Below are positions 25,539 to 35,689 of a DNA stretch of 41,470 nucleotides, one piece after another. The notes under the pieces were generated by a model. The model made no database searches. It was not told the DNA's origin and saw only the letters and a list, made by a program, of their open reading frames with translations. Source of the stretch: a virus (taxonomy: Duplodnaviria > Heunggongvirae > Uroviricota > Caudoviricetes). The stretch covers positions 1 through 41,470 of IMG/VR virus record IMGVR_UViG_2690316195_000001; one strand, written 5' to 3'. The stretch's first letter is position 1; each line of letters starts with the position of its first letter. A program made the translations under genes and the position numbers.

Positions 25539-26810
25539 ATGCCTAACAATCTCGACAGTAACGTCAGTCAAATCGTTCTGAAAAAATTCCTTCCGGGTTT
25601 TATGTCAGATTTAGTTCTGGCGAAAACCGTAGACCGTCAGTTGCTGGCAGGTGAAATCAACTCCAGCACTGGCGATAGCGTTAGCTTTAAACGTCCGCAT
25701 CAATTCTCATCCCTCCGTACTCCCACTGGTGATATTTCAGGGCAAAATAAAAACAACCTGATCTCAGGTAAAGCCACGGGGCGTGTAGGTAACTACATCA
25801 CTGTTGCTGTTGAATATCAGCAACTGGAGGAAGCGATCAAGCTTAACCAGCTGGAAGAAATTCTCGCGCCGGTTCGCCAGCGAATCGTTACCGACCTTGA
25901 AACAGAGCTTGCTCACTTCATGATGAATAACGGTGCGTTGTCACTTGGTAGCCCCAATACTCCAATCACCAAATGGTCTGATGTTGCACAGACGGCATCT
26001 TTCCTGAAAGACCTCGGCGTTAATGAAGGTGAAAACTATGCTGTAATGGATCCATGGTCTGCACAGCGACTTGCTGATGCGCAGACTGGTTTGCATGCTT
26101 CAGATCAATTGGTTCGTACTGCATGGGAGAACGCACAGATCCCAACCAATTTTGGCGGCATTCGCGCACTGATGTCTAATGGGCTTGCCTCTCGTACGCA
26201 GGGGGCATTTGGCGGAACACTGACAGTCAAAACACAGCCAACTGTTACCTATAACGCAGTTAAAGACTCATACCAGTTCACTGTAACATTGACCGGAGCG
26301 ACAGCCAGCGTTACAGGTTTTCTGAAAGCTGGTGATCAGGTCAAATTCACCAATACCTACTGGCTGCAACAGCAGACCAAACAGGCGTTGTATAACGGAG
26401 CCACACCAATTAGCTTCACTGCAACGGTTACTGCTGATGCTAATTCAGACAGCAGTGGCGATGTGACGGTTACGCTTTCTGGTGTTCCGATTTATGACAC
26501 TACAAACCCGCAGTACAACTCTGTAAGTCGTCAGGTAGAGGCAGGCGATGCCGTATCTGTAGTAGGCACTGCTAGCCAGACAATGAAGCCAAACCTGTTC
26601 TATAACAAGTTCTTCTGTGGACTTGGCTCTATCCCACTGCCGAAACTGCACAGTATTGATTCTGCTGTTGCAACATATGAAGGTTTCTCCATCCGCGTAC
26701 ATAAATACGCAGATGGCGATGCCAACGTGCAAAAAATGCGCTTTGACTTACTGCCTGCATATGTGTGCTTTAACCCTCACATGGGCGGTCAGTTCTTCGG
26801 TAATCCGTAA
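25539..26810 (+). CDS. Major capsid (coat) protein, P22 gp5 type
   Basis: 423 aa, conserved position after the scaffold, followed by a strong terminator. Confidence 0.9.
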   Translation: MPNNLDSNVSQIVLKKFLPGFMSDLVLAKTVDRQLLAGEINSSTGDSVSFKRPHQFSSLRTPTGDISGQNKNNLISGKATGRVGNYITVAVEYQQLEEAIKLNQLEEILAPVRQRIVTDLETELAHFMMNNGALSLGSPNTPITKWSDVAQTASFLKDLGVNEGENYAVMDPWSAQRLADAQTGLHASDQLVRTAWENAQIPTNFGGIRALMSNGLASRTQGAFGGTLTVKTQPTVTYNAVKDSYQFTVTLTGATASVTGFLKAGDQVKFTNTYWLQQQTKQALYNGATPISFTATVTADANSDSSGDVTVTLSGVPIYDTTNPQYNSVSRQVEAGDAVSVVGTASQTMKPNLFYNKFFCGLGSIPLPKLHSIDSAVATYEGFSIRVHKYADGDANVQKMRFDLLPAYVCFNPHMGGQFFGNP

Positions 26811-26814
26811 TAAC

Positions 26815-26841
26815 AAGGGGCTTACGCCCCTTTTATGTTTT
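26815..26841 (+). terminator. Rho-independent terminator after the coat gene
   Basis: Stem AAGGGGC/GCCCCTT, loop TTAC, then TTATGTTTT. Confidence 0.6.
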
Positions 26842-26852
26842 AAGGAAACAAT

Positions 26853-27038
26853 ATGGATCGCATGAGTGTATTCCTTGCCGCAGATAACGAATCCGGGCAT
26901 GTACAGGCCGTTATCGCAGAAAAAGACCTCCAGTTTTTCGAAAAGTTGGGCTTTGTTGCCTCAGTTGATGAATTGAAACCGACCAGTAAGCGAGGTCGTA
27001 AGGCGGAAGACAATGGCAACAGTACTGACAAAGGGTGA
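26853..27038 (+). CDS. Hypothetical small protein (61 aa)
   Basis: Track ORF with AAGGA RBS; overlaps the next gene by 26 nt. Confidence 0.45.
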   Translation: MDRMSVFLAADNESGHVQAVIAEKDLQFFEKLGFVASVDELKPTSKRGRKAEDNGNSTDKG

Positions 27039-27495
27039 GATCGTCCTTTTTGCGCTTCGTAAGTTTGCTATTGCTTCTAATGCATCGCTGACTGATGTTG
27101 AGCCGCAATCAATTGAAGATGGTGTAAATGATCTGGAAGATATGATGTCCGAGTGGATGATTAACCCCGGCGACATTGGTTACGCTTTCGCAACTGGAGA
27201 TGAGCAGCCATTACCAGATGATGAGTCAGGTCTTCCAAGAAAATACAAACACGCAGTAGGCTATCAGTTATTGCTGAGAATGCTATCTGATTACAGCCTT
27301 GAGCCAACTCCGCAAGTTCTCAGTAACGCCCAACGCTCATATGATGCCTTGATGACCGACACTCTGGTTGTTCCTTCAATGCGACGACGTGGAGATTTTC
27401 CTGTAGGGCAGGGTAATAAATATGACGTGTTCACATCTGACCGATATTATCCAGGCGATCTCCCTCTGATTGATGGCGATATCCCAAACGCATAG
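27013..27495 (+). CDS. Head-tail adaptor (P22 gp4 homologue)
   Basis: ...[23 protein letters not shown] resembles P22 gp4 ([23 protein letters not shown]). Confidence 0.85.
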   Translation: [160 protein letters not shown]

Positions 27496-27503
27496 GTGAA
27501 TAA

Positions 27504-28922
27504 ATGCCGATTCAGCAACTTCCGCTTATGAAAGGTGTCGGCAAAGACTTTCGAAACGCCGACTATATCGACTATCTGCCAGTGAATATGCTGGCTACAC
27601 CCAAAGAAATCCTTAACAGCAGCGGATATCTTCGCTCATTCCCGGGCATTGCCAAACGCTCTGATGTGAATGGTGTATCGCGCGGTGTCGAGTACAACAT
27701 GGCGCAGAATGCTGTTTATCGCGTTTGCGGTGGAAAGTTGTATAAGGGCGAAAGCGAGGTCGGTGACGTCGCCGGAAGTGGTCGCGTATCAATGGCTCAT
27801 GGTCGGACATCACAGGCAGTTGGCGTTAACGGGCAACTGGTCGAGTATCGCTATGATGGCACGGTTAAAACAGTCTCAAACTGGCCTACAGACAGCGGAT
27901 TCACGCAGTATGAGTTAGGTTCGGTTCGTGACATTACGCGCTTGCGTGGGCGTTATGCGTGGTCAAAAGACGGCACTGATTCATGGTTTATCACTGACCT
28001 TGAAGACGAATCGCATCCTGACCGTTACAGCGCACAATATCGTGCTGAGTCTCAGCCTGACGGCATCATCGGCATAGGTACATGGCGAGACTTTATCGTC
28101 TGCTTTGGTTCATCGACGATTGAATATTTCTCCCTGACAGGCGCAACTACCGTTGGTGCCGCTTTGTATGTCGCACAGCCATCACTGATGGTGCAAAAAG
28201 GCATCGCCGGGACTTACTGCAAAACGCCATTCGCTGATTCTTATGCGTTCATCAGCAATCCGGCAACAGGTGCGCCGTCTGTGTACATCATCGGCTCCGG
28301 TCAGGTGTCACCAATCGCCAGCGCGAGCATTGAGAAAATTCTCCGCTCCTACACTGCTGATGAACTGGCTGATGGCGTAATGGAATCGCTGCGGTTTGAT
28401 GCTCATGAATTGCTGATTATCCATCTTCCGCGTCACGTCCTCGTGTACGACGCATCTTCAAGCGCCAATGGTCCGCAATGGTGTGTGTTGAAAACAGGCC
28501 TGTATGACGATGTGTACCGCGCTATCGACTTCATTTATGAAGGCAATCAGATAACGTGCGGCGATAAGCTGGAATCCGTGACCGGGAAATTGCAGTTCGA
28601 CATCAGCAGCCAGTATGGGCTACAGCAAGAACACATGCTGTTTACTCCACTGTTCAAAGCGGATAACGCCAGAGTTTTCGACCTTGAAGTTGAATCGTCA
28701 ACTGGCGTTGCGCAGTACGCCGACCGCCTGTTCCTCTCTGCAACCACTGACGGCATAAATTACGGGCGTGAGCAGATGATTGAGCAGAATGAACCGTTCG
28801 TTTATGACAAACGTGTTTTGTGGAAGCGAGTCGGGCGCATCAGGAAAAACATTGGCTTCAAATTGCGCGTTATCACGAAGTCACCTGTAACTCTGTCTGG
28901 CGCTCAGATAAGGATTGAGTAA
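27504..28922 (+). CDS. Tail hub protein (P22 gp10 homologue)
   Basis: [49 protein letters not shown]... near-identical to P22 gp10 by recall. Confidence 0.9.
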   Translation: MPIQQLPLMKGVGKDFRNADYIDYLPVNMLATPKEILNSSGYLRSFPGIAKRSDVNGVSRGVEYNMAQNAVYRVCGGKLYKGESEVGDVAGSGRVSMAHGRTSQAVGVNGQLVEYRYDGTVKTVSNWPTDSGFTQYELGSVRDITRLRGRYAWSKDGTDSWFITDLEDESHPDRYSAQYRAESQPDGIIGIGTWRDFIVCFGSSTIEYFSLTGATTVGAALYVAQPSLMVQKGIAGTYCKTPFADSYAFISNPATGAPSVYIIGSGQVSPIASASIEKILRSYTADELADGVMESLRFDAHELLIIHLPRHVLVYDASSSANGPQWCVLKTGLYDDVYRAIDFIYEGNQITCGDKLESVTGKLQFDISSQYGLQQEHMLFTPLFKADNARVFDLEVESSTGVAQYADRLFLSATTDGINYGREQMIEQNEPFVYDKRVLWKRVGRIRKNIGFKLRVITKSPVTLSGAQIRIE

Positions 28923-29770
28923 TGGCGGATTCGAATCTCAATGTGCCGGTAATCATCCAGGCTACGCGGCTAGATACATCAGTTCTTCCACGCAATATCT
29001 TCTCGCAGTCGTATCTGCTTTACGTTATCGCACAGGGCACTGATGTTGGTAACGTGGCTAACAAGGCCAACGAGGCCGGACAGGGCGCTTATGACGCACA
29101 AGTCAGGAACGATGAGCAGGATGTGATTCTCGCTGACCATGAGCAGCGAATTTCTGCTGCGGAAGCAACTCTTGTTAATCATGAGGAGCGAATCAGCCAG
29201 GCAGAATCAACTCTTCAGGAACATGAAACACGAATAGCTCAGAATGAAAGCGATATTGCGTCGCTTGATACCAGAGTTCAGTCGCTGGAATCGCAGGTTT
29301 CAGACCATGAAACGCGCATCGATGCTCTGGAGTATGCCACTACTCGCAAGAAGTCAGAGGTTGTTTACTCTGGCGTATCTGTAACCATACCGACAGCGCC
29401 TACCAACCTTGTTAGCCTGCTGAAAACGCTCACGCCGTCATCCGGCTCGTTGGCACCATTCTTCGACACAGTTAACAACAAGATGGTTGTGTTCAACGAG
29501 AACAAAACCTTGTTCTTCAAGCTGTCGATCGTCGGGACGTGGCCCAGCGGAACCGCCAACAGGTCAATGCAGCTAACCTTTTCAGGCTCTGTTCCTGACA
29601 CACTGGTAAGCAGTCGTAATGCGGCGACAACAACCGACAACATCCTGTTAGCTACGTTCTTCAGCGTGGATAAAGACGGATTTCTTGCCACAAATGGCAG
29701 TACGTTAACCATCCAGTCAAATGGTGCGGCGTTTACTGCCACAACCATCAAGATAATCGCGGAGCAGTGA
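28922..29770 (+). CDS. Tail needle (P22 gp26 homologue) with divergent C-terminal domain
   Basis: N-terminus [43 protein letters not shown] matches gp26; trimeric coiled-coil heptads; C-terminal 120 aa unlike P22. Confidence 0.85.
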   Translation: MADSNLNVPVIIQATRLDTSVLPRNIFSQSYLLYVIAQGTDVGNVANKANEAGQGAYDAQVRNDEQDVILADHEQRISAAEATLVNHEERISQAESTLQEHETRIAQNESDIASLDTRVQSLESQVSDHETRIDALEYATTRKKSEVVYSGVSVTIPTAPTNLVSLLKTLTPSSGSLAPFFDTVNNKMVVFNENKTLFFKLSIVGTWPSGTANRSMQLTFSGSVPDTLVSSRNAATTTDNILLATFFSVDKDGFLATNGSTLTIQSNGAAFTATTIKIIAEQ

Positions 29771-30225
29771 TGATTCAGTTCAAACCAACGCGAAACATCG
29801 ACCTGATCGAAGCAGTCGGAAATCACCCTGACATTATTGCCGGGAGCAACAACGGTGATGGATACGACTACAAACCTGATTGCCGTTACTTTGAGGTGAA
29901 CGTGCACGGGCAGTTCGGCGGCATTGTTTACTATCAGGAGATTCAGCCGCTGACATTCGATTGCCACGCCATGTACCTGCCAGAGATTCGCGGCTTCAGC
30001 AAGGAAATTGGGCTGGCGTTCTGGCGATACATTCTGACTAACACCACCGTTCAGTGCGTCACATCGTTCGCCGCACGCAAATTCCGCCACGGGCAGATGT
30101 ACTGCGCAATGATTGGCCTTAAGCGTGTAGGAACCATCAAGAAATACTTCAAAGGCGTGGATGACGTGACGTTTTACAGCGCCACACGCGAAGAACTAAT
30201 CGACTTCCTGAATCACGGGAGATAG
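29767..30225 (+). CDS. gp14-like virion assembly protein (by synteny)
   Basis: Position between the tail needle and the ejection-protein genes; ATGA overlap. Confidence 0.55.
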   Translation: MMIQFKPTRNIDLIEAVGNHPDIIAGSNNGDGYDYKPDCRYFEVNVHGQFGGIVYYQEIQPLTFDCHAMYLPEIRGFSKEIGLAFWRYILTNTTVQCVTSFAARKFRHGQMYCAMIGLKRVGTIKKYFKGVDDVTFYSATREELIDFLNHGR

Positions 30226-30227
30226 CT

Positions 30228-30920
30228 ATGTTATATGCATTTAAGCTGGGCAGAAAACTGCGCGGCGAGGAACCTTATTGCCCTGAAAAAGGCGGGAAAG
30301 GTGGCAGCTCTGATAAAAGCGCAAAGTATGCAGCAGAAGCTCAGAAGTATGCCGCAGACCTGCAAAATCAGCAGTGGCAGACGATCATGAAAAACCTTGC
30401 TCCGTTCACGCCTCTTGCGGAGCAGTATGTTAACCAGCTTCAGAATCTTTCCAGTTTAGAAGGTCAGGGGCAGGCACTTAATCAGTATTACAACTCTCAG
30501 CAGTATAAAGACCTTGCAGGTCAGGCGCGTTACCAGAGTCTTGCTGCTGCGGAGGCGACGGGTGGACTTGGTTCGACAGCCACAAGCAATCAACTGGCTA
30601 CGATCGCGCCGACACTCGGTCAGTCTTGGTTATCAAATCAGATGAGCAATTACAACAATCTGGCAAACGTTGGGCTTGGTGCGCTGCAAGGTCAGGCAAA
30701 CGCTGGGCAGACATACGCCAACAACATGAGCAGCATTGCACAGCAAAGTGCAGCACTTGCCGCTGCTAATGCCAATAAACCATCAAGTCTTCAGACTGCA
30801 ATTAGCGGTGGCACGTCTGGTGCGATCGCCGGTGCAGGTCTTGCCAGCCTTTTGGGAACATCAACGCCTTGGGGCGCTGGCATTGGTGCTGGTATCGGAT
30901 TGCTTGGCTCGTTGTTTTAA
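30228..30920 (+). CDS. Ejection protein, gp7-like (by synteny and size)
   Basis: 230 aa, Gln/Ala/Gly-rich with C-terminal hydrophobic segment; first of three ejection-protein genes. Confidence 0.65.
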   Translation: MLYAFKLGRKLRGEEPYCPEKGGKGGSSDKSAKYAAEAQKYAADLQNQQWQTIMKNLAPFTPLAEQYVNQLQNLSSLEGQGQALNQYYNSQQYKDLAGQARYQSLAAAEATGGLGSTATSNQLATIAPTLGQSWLSNQMSNYNNLANVGLGALQGQANAGQTYANNMSSIAQQSAALAAANANKPSSLQTAISGGTSGAIAGAGLASLLGTSTPWGAGIGAGIGLLGSLF

Positions 30921-30929
30921 GGGGTAATC

Positions 30930-32261
30930 ATGGCTACTTGGCAAGGAACAAACGGCGGATTGTTGGCTGGTATCGGCGGCGTCAACTCAAACGCTCCGAG
31001 CGTAAATGACATCGGCAATACGCTTCAGCTTATCAGGCAGAACAATGATATTGAGCGTTCAGGCGCTAACAATGTTGGGCTGACTGCTTTGCAAGGCCTT
31101 TCAGGTATTGCGGGTGTTTTTCAGCAGGAAAAGCAGGCTCAGCGGCAGAAAGAATTTCAGCAGGCGTACGCTAATGCTTATGCGTCTGGTGATCGCGGTG
31201 CTTTGCGTCAGTTGGCTACTCAATATCCAGACCAGATTGAATCCGTTCGTAAAGGCATGGGATTCATTGATGAAGAGCAGCGTAATTCTATCGGCACCTT
31301 AGCGGCTGGCGCACGCCTTGCGTCATCGTCTCCAGAAGCAATGCAATCATGGCTGCAAAACAACGCCGGTGAGTTAGCTCGTGTTGGCGTTAATCCTCAT
31401 GACGTCGCTCAGATGTACCAACAGAACCCGCGGCAGTTCGGCGAATTTGTCGATCACCTGGGGATGAACAGTCTCGGGCCCGAAAAATACTTTGACCTAC
31501 AGGATAAAATGCAGGGTCGCCAGGTTACCATGCGCGGTCAGGATCTGGATTCGCAAACCGCCGCTCGGAATCAGGCAATCACAATGCGCGGGCAAGATAT
31601 CCAGGCGAATTTAGGTCAGCAGCGCATTAATCTGGACGCAGAAACAAACCGCATTAACAACGAAAATAAGCGCCTTGACCGGATGCTATCAGCAGAAACT
31701 AACGACCTGAAGCGCCAGGAAATACAGAGCCGCATAGCAGCCAACAACCAGCAGTTGCAGCAGAAGCAGCAAGCGCTAAATGATGGCTACAAAGACGGCA
31801 TCAACACCCTCACAACCAGCATGTTCACTCTGAACGATATCGTTAGTTCTCCTTCACTTAAGAGCATTACAGGCTTACGTGGAGTAATCCCCAACGTTCC
31901 AGGCTCACAGGCTGCAGACACTCAGGCACGACTTGATACCTTTAAATCCCAAGCATACCTGACAGCGGTTCAGGCCATGCGAGGCATGGGCGCACTTTCT
32001 GATGCCGAGGGCAAAAAGCTCGACCAGGCTGTTGGTTCGCTGCAGAACTCGCAGAGCGAGGAGTCATTTCGTCGCAACGCTGGCGTCATCCTGAACACTC
32101 TCAACCAGAAGCGTAATGAGGCGGTTGGTAAGTACGTTCAGCAAAACGGTATCAAGCGAGTGGAAGCGCCTCAGGCTTCTATAGATTACCTGAAGCAGCA
32201 CCCCGAGCTGTCAATCGACTTCATTAATCGCTACGGATATCTTCCATCTTTGGGGCAGTAA
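30930..32261 (+). CDS. Ejection protein, gp20-like (by synteny)
   Basis: 443 aa, Gln-rich, second of three ejection-protein genes. Confidence 0.65.
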   Translation: MATWQGTNGGLLAGIGGVNSNAPSVNDIGNTLQLIRQNNDIERSGANNVGLTALQGLSGIAGVFQQEKQAQRQKEFQQAYANAYASGDRGALRQLATQYPDQIESVRKGMGFIDEEQRNSIGTLAAGARLASSSPEAMQSWLQNNAGELARVGVNPHDVAQMYQQNPRQFGEFVDHLGMNSLGPEKYFDLQDKMQGRQVTMRGQDLDSQTAARNQAITMRGQDIQANLGQQRINLDAETNRINNENKRLDRMLSAETNDLKRQEIQSRIAANNQQLQQKQQALNDGYKDGINTLTTSMFTLNDIVSSPSLKSITGLRGVIPNVPGSQAADTQARLDTFKSQAYLTAVQAMRGMGALSDAEGKKLDQAVGSLQNSQSEESFRRNAGVILNTLNQKRNEAVGKYVQQNGIKRVEAPQASIDYLKQHPELSIDFINRYGYLPSLGQ

Positions 32262-34655
32262 ATGGCTAATTACCGTGATTTGTTAGAGCAGGCTGGCGCA
32301 CGTTACGGTGTGCCAGAAGGGTTGATGACTGCACTGGGTGCCAAGGAGTCTTCTTACAACCCTGCCGCAGTAAGCTCCGCCGGGGCTGTAGGATTGACTC
32401 AGGTCATGCCTGGGACATGGCGTGATATGGGTTATACCGATGAGCAAATGCAAAACCCCGAATATCAGGCTGACGCTGGCGCGCGCTATCTGGCAAAGAT
32501 GTACCAGCAGTTTGGTAACTGGCGTGACGCTCTTCAGGCTTATCACGACGGTCCCGGCAACGTTATGAAGGCAAAGCGTGGTGAATATACGCCAGGACCT
32601 GAAGGCCGCGGTTACGTTGATGATCGCTTTGCTCAATGGGCGGGTGACCCGGTGACAGACTCAACAGTCGAACAGCGCGCCACCTCTGCAAAGGTACATC
32701 CTCAGCAAGACCCTAACAACCCGTTTGCACAACTGGAAGCACAGTCATCCGAACAAGTATCGGCATCAGGCGTGCAGTCAGACCCAAATAATCCATTTGC
32801 TCAGATTGAGCAGCAGGCAGCCAGTCAGCAGCCACCCCAACCCGTAAGTTCTGTCGCACCGAAACCTGTTCAGCAGCAAGGCGGAATAATGTCTGACCTT
32901 GGTAATGGACTTGCTGAAACCGGGCGCGGCTTACTACAGGCAGGAATCAACGTAGCGAACATACCTGCTGAACTCACTGATGCTGTAACAAGCGCGGCGG
33001 CTTGGGCTGGCGGTAAACTCGGCATTGGCGATGGTACATATCAACCAGCACCACGAGTAACAACGCAGGGATTAGAGCAGGACTTTGGCCTTCAGCAAGG
33101 CGCGCTGACTCCACAAACGACAGAGGGAAGGGTATTTGCTGAAGCATTACCTTACCTCACTCCTGCTGGCGTTGAGAGAGCGGCAACACAGGCACCAACA
33201 CTTGCTGGTCGAATTGCTCAGGGGGCAACTCGCCTTCTAGCAGAAAACGCAGTTGGATCACTTGCTGCAAACAGTGCGAAAGATGATGCGGAAGCACTCG
33301 CCACCGATTTAGGCGTTGGTGTGCTGGCTGGCGGTACTATTAACGCTGCCGGACGTGGATTAGGTGCTGCTTATCGTGGTGTTCGTGGTTCGATAGCACC
33401 AGAAGCTCAACAGGCTATCAGGTTTGCAGAGCGTGAAGGAGTTCCTCTGCACACCACAGACCTGTTACAGCCTACTTCCCGCGTCGGGAAAATGGCGCAG
33501 ACTACAGCAGAAAATATCCCTCTGGCTGGCACAAGCGGAATGAGAGCAACGCAACAGGAAGCGAGAAGCCAGTTGGTGCAGAGATTTGCTGATAAATTCG
33601 GTGAGTATGATCCATCTGTTGTTATTGACAGCCTTAAAGCGAAAACATCAGGAATTCGTCGTGCCGCCGGTAATCGACTGGAGCAGGTTCAGAATGCTAT
33701 GGCTGGAGTAAACATTCAGCCTGCGCGAGCAATTCAGCAGATTGATACAGAAATATCTAATCTGCAGAAGCTTGGTAAGGTAGCTGATAACGAGACAATT
33801 TCAAAACTTCAGTCATATCGTGATGAGCTTGTTCGCAATGCTGGCCCTGATGGTCCGGTTAATCTGGATTTGAAGCAATTAAGCGATCTGCGCAGCCAGT
33901 TCAGAATGGACGTGAAGGGGGAGCGACCAGTGTTACCAAACCGTTCCGATGCCGCCATTCAACGTGTTTACAAGGCGATGACCGACGATATCAATGGTGC
34001 CATTGGTCAGAATCTTGGCAACGATACTCTCCGTAAATATCAGCAGGCCAATGCCGTCTACGCTGACGAAGCGGCGAAACTAAAGAATACCAGGCTGAAG
34101 AATGTTCTCATGAAAGGAGACCTGACGCCGGAAGTTGTCAACAACATGCTATTCAGCAAGAACAAATCGGAAATTAAGACGCTGTATAACTCAGTTGGTC
34201 GTGTTGGCAGGGCGCAAATGCGCAATGGCATCATTGGAAAGGCGATGGAGAAATCTGGCGGATCCCCTGACCAGTTCCTTCGGCAGCTTAACATCCTGCA
34301 AAACCAGACTGGCATCACATTTAAGGGGCAGGACGCTGCTTATCTGAAAGGATTAAAAAACTACCTGCAATCCACGCAGCAGGCTGCAAAAGCGGCAGTA
34401 ACAACACCCACAGGGCAGCAAACTATCCCGTTCATTATTGGGTATGGGACGGCAATGAACCCGGCGACAACTGGCGCAGCGGTAAGCTACGGACTTCTTA
34501 CTCGCGCCTATGAGAGCGAACCATTCAGAAATGCAATGCTCCGAATGGCAAACACCCCACGCGGATCAACAGCCTTTGAGAAAGCAATGCAGCAGGCACA
34601 AAAGGCAATTAACGCTCTGACGCAGGGGGCTAAGTCTGATGCGTTGTCAGAATAG
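32262..34655 (+). CDS. Ejection protein (gp16 position) with N-terminal lytic transglycosylase domain
   Basis: 797 aa; N-terminus carries an SLT-like motif (ALGAKESSYNPAAVSSAGAVGLTQVMPGTWRD...YHDGPGNV). Confidence 0.75.
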   Translation: MANYRDLLEQAGARYGVPEGLMTALGAKESSYNPAAVSSAGAVGLTQVMPGTWRDMGYTDEQMQNPEYQADAGARYLAKMYQQFGNWRDALQAYHDGPGNVMKAKRGEYTPGPEGRGYVDDRFAQWAGDPVTDSTVEQRATSAKVHPQQDPNNPFAQLEAQSSEQVSASGVQSDPNNPFAQIEQQAASQQPPQPVSSVAPKPVQQQGGIMSDLGNGLAETGRGLLQAGINVANIPAELTDAVTSAAAWAGGKLGIGDGTYQPAPRVTTQGLEQDFGLQQGALTPQTTEGRVFAEALPYLTPAGVERAATQAPTLAGRIAQGATRLLAENAVGSLAANSAKDDAEALATDLGVGVLAGGTINAAGRGLGAAYRGVRGSIAPEAQQAIRFAEREGVPLHTTDLLQPTSRVGKMAQTTAENIPLAGTSGMRATQQEARSQLVQRFADKFGEYDPSVVIDSLKAKTSGIRRAAGNRLEQVQNAMAGVNIQPARAIQQIDTEISNLQKLGKVADNETISKLQSYRDELVRNAGPDGPVNLDLKQLSDLRSQFRMDVKGERPVLPNRSDAAIQRVYKAMTDDINGAIGQNLGNDTLRKYQQANAVYADEAAKLKNTRLKNVLMKGDLTPEVVNNMLFSKNKSEIKTLYNSVGRVGRAQMRNGIIGKAMEKSGGSPDQFLRQLNILQNQTGITFKGQDAAYLKGLKNYLQSTQQAAKAAVTTPTGQQTIPFIIGYGTAMNPATTGAAVSYGLLTRAYESEPFRNAMLRMANTPRGSTAFEKAMQQAQKAINALTQGAKSDALSE

Positions 34656-34745
34656 CTTTTCAAACACCAGGAGCGTGTAAAAACCAAATATGTAGAACGC
34701 GAGGTTTATCGTACCACTCTGCATAGGCGATACCTTTGCTGATTG

Positions 34746-35231
34746 TTATCTTATGTTACTGCTACTGTTGCATGTGACTGTATTTCCAAACCCTGAATTG
34801 CAGTTTGTGTAAGTGTCAACGCGTGTTGGATAGGGTTGAGTTATAACAGGCTGTCTCGCTTTTTGCTCGATCGCTTGCATTGTGTTTACAGCCTGATAAT
34901 TCAATAAAGCCTGCTGGAATGCTTGGCTTTGTGCTATTTGTTGGGCTTGTTCTTGGCTTTGTAATTGAACATAAAGATTCTGAAGCTCAAGTCTTGCCTG
35001 TGCGTCACTTATCTTGCCTTCATCGACACCTTGCCCGAGCATCTTTGCAGCAAGGACATACAGCTTAGGTGTTGGTGCTGATGCCATGCGTGAGTCGTTC
35101 TTCACACTGGCATCAAGGCAATTAGCCATATCGCTAAGCTTTTGATAGCGTTGTTCGCAACTTGCTTGATAGTCACTTACTTTTGCGCATCCAACCAGTA
35201 GAAGCGGGATAATTAACAGTGATTTTTTCAT
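34746..35231 (-). CDS. Lipoprotein of unknown function (moron on opposite strand)
   Basis: Start trimmed to MKKSLLIIPLLLVGC (lipobox LVGC) with AAGGAGAG RBS; Gln-rich mature region with several Cys. Confidence 0.7.
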   Translation of the reverse strand: MKKSLLIIPLLLVGCAKVSDYQASCEQRYQKLSDMANCLDASVKNDSRMASAPTPKLYVLAAKMLGQGVDEGKISDAQARLELQNLYVQLQSQEQAQQIAQSQAFQQALLNYQAVNTMQAIEQKARQPVITQPYPTRVDTYTNCNSGFGNTVTCNSSSNIR

Positions 35232-35301
35232 ATGGTTAACTCTCCTTAGTTTTTCACAGGATATCATGAAGGCAATGCCATTTTATCCGGAAACTAGATT
35301 T

Positions 35302-35568
35302 CTATGTTTCCTTTTTATTATTGCTATACATGGTCTTAAGCGTTTCAAAAACCATTTTCTTAACCATATCAGATTGTTGTTCTGCCATACGCTCTGCATC
35401 GTCAATGTAAACGGATGCAGAGCTTTGTTTAGCCAACGATTCTTCAATCGCTGCAATTATCTCTGAGTTCAGCGATCTGTTATTCATCTTCGCACGCTGC
35501 TTAATTTTCGCGTGGAGTTCATGCGGAAGTCTCAAGTGAAACTGCGCCTCGTCGTATTTACTGTACAT
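35302..35568 (-). CDS. mnt: Mnt-like ribbon-helix-helix repressor (Arc/MetJ fold)
   Basis: FHLRLPHELHAKIKQRAKMNNRSLNSEI...DDAERMAEQQSDMVKKMVFETLK resembles P22 Mnt (FNFRMPMEVREKLKFRAEANGRSMNSEL...NDAERLADEQSELVKKMVFDTLK). Confidence 0.8.
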   Translation of the reverse strand: MYSKYDEAQFHLRLPHELHAKIKQRAKMNNRSLNSEIIAAIEESLAKQSSASVYIDDAERMAEQQSDMVKKMVFETLKTMYSNNKKET

Positions 35569-35689
35569 CCTTGATGCCTCACCAGTTGGGTGGAATGGCA
35601 TCGTAACCTACTGGATAAATACTCAATAGTACCATTTCGGTATGCAATCACATCATGGTTGCATCATATCATTCGTCTGGAGCAATGAA

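Noticed and set aside
29365-30090. 241-aa minus-strand ORF across the tail needle and gp14-like genes
   Set aside because: Antisense to conserved virion genes in a uniformly plus-strand late operon; the length likely reflects codon bias of the sense strand.
35266-35466. Plus-strand ORF 35266..35466 suggesting an arc or ant partner for Mnt
   Set aside because: Antisense to the Mnt-like CDS, hydrophobic low-complexity translation, no resemblance to Arc; Mnt is treated as an orphan.
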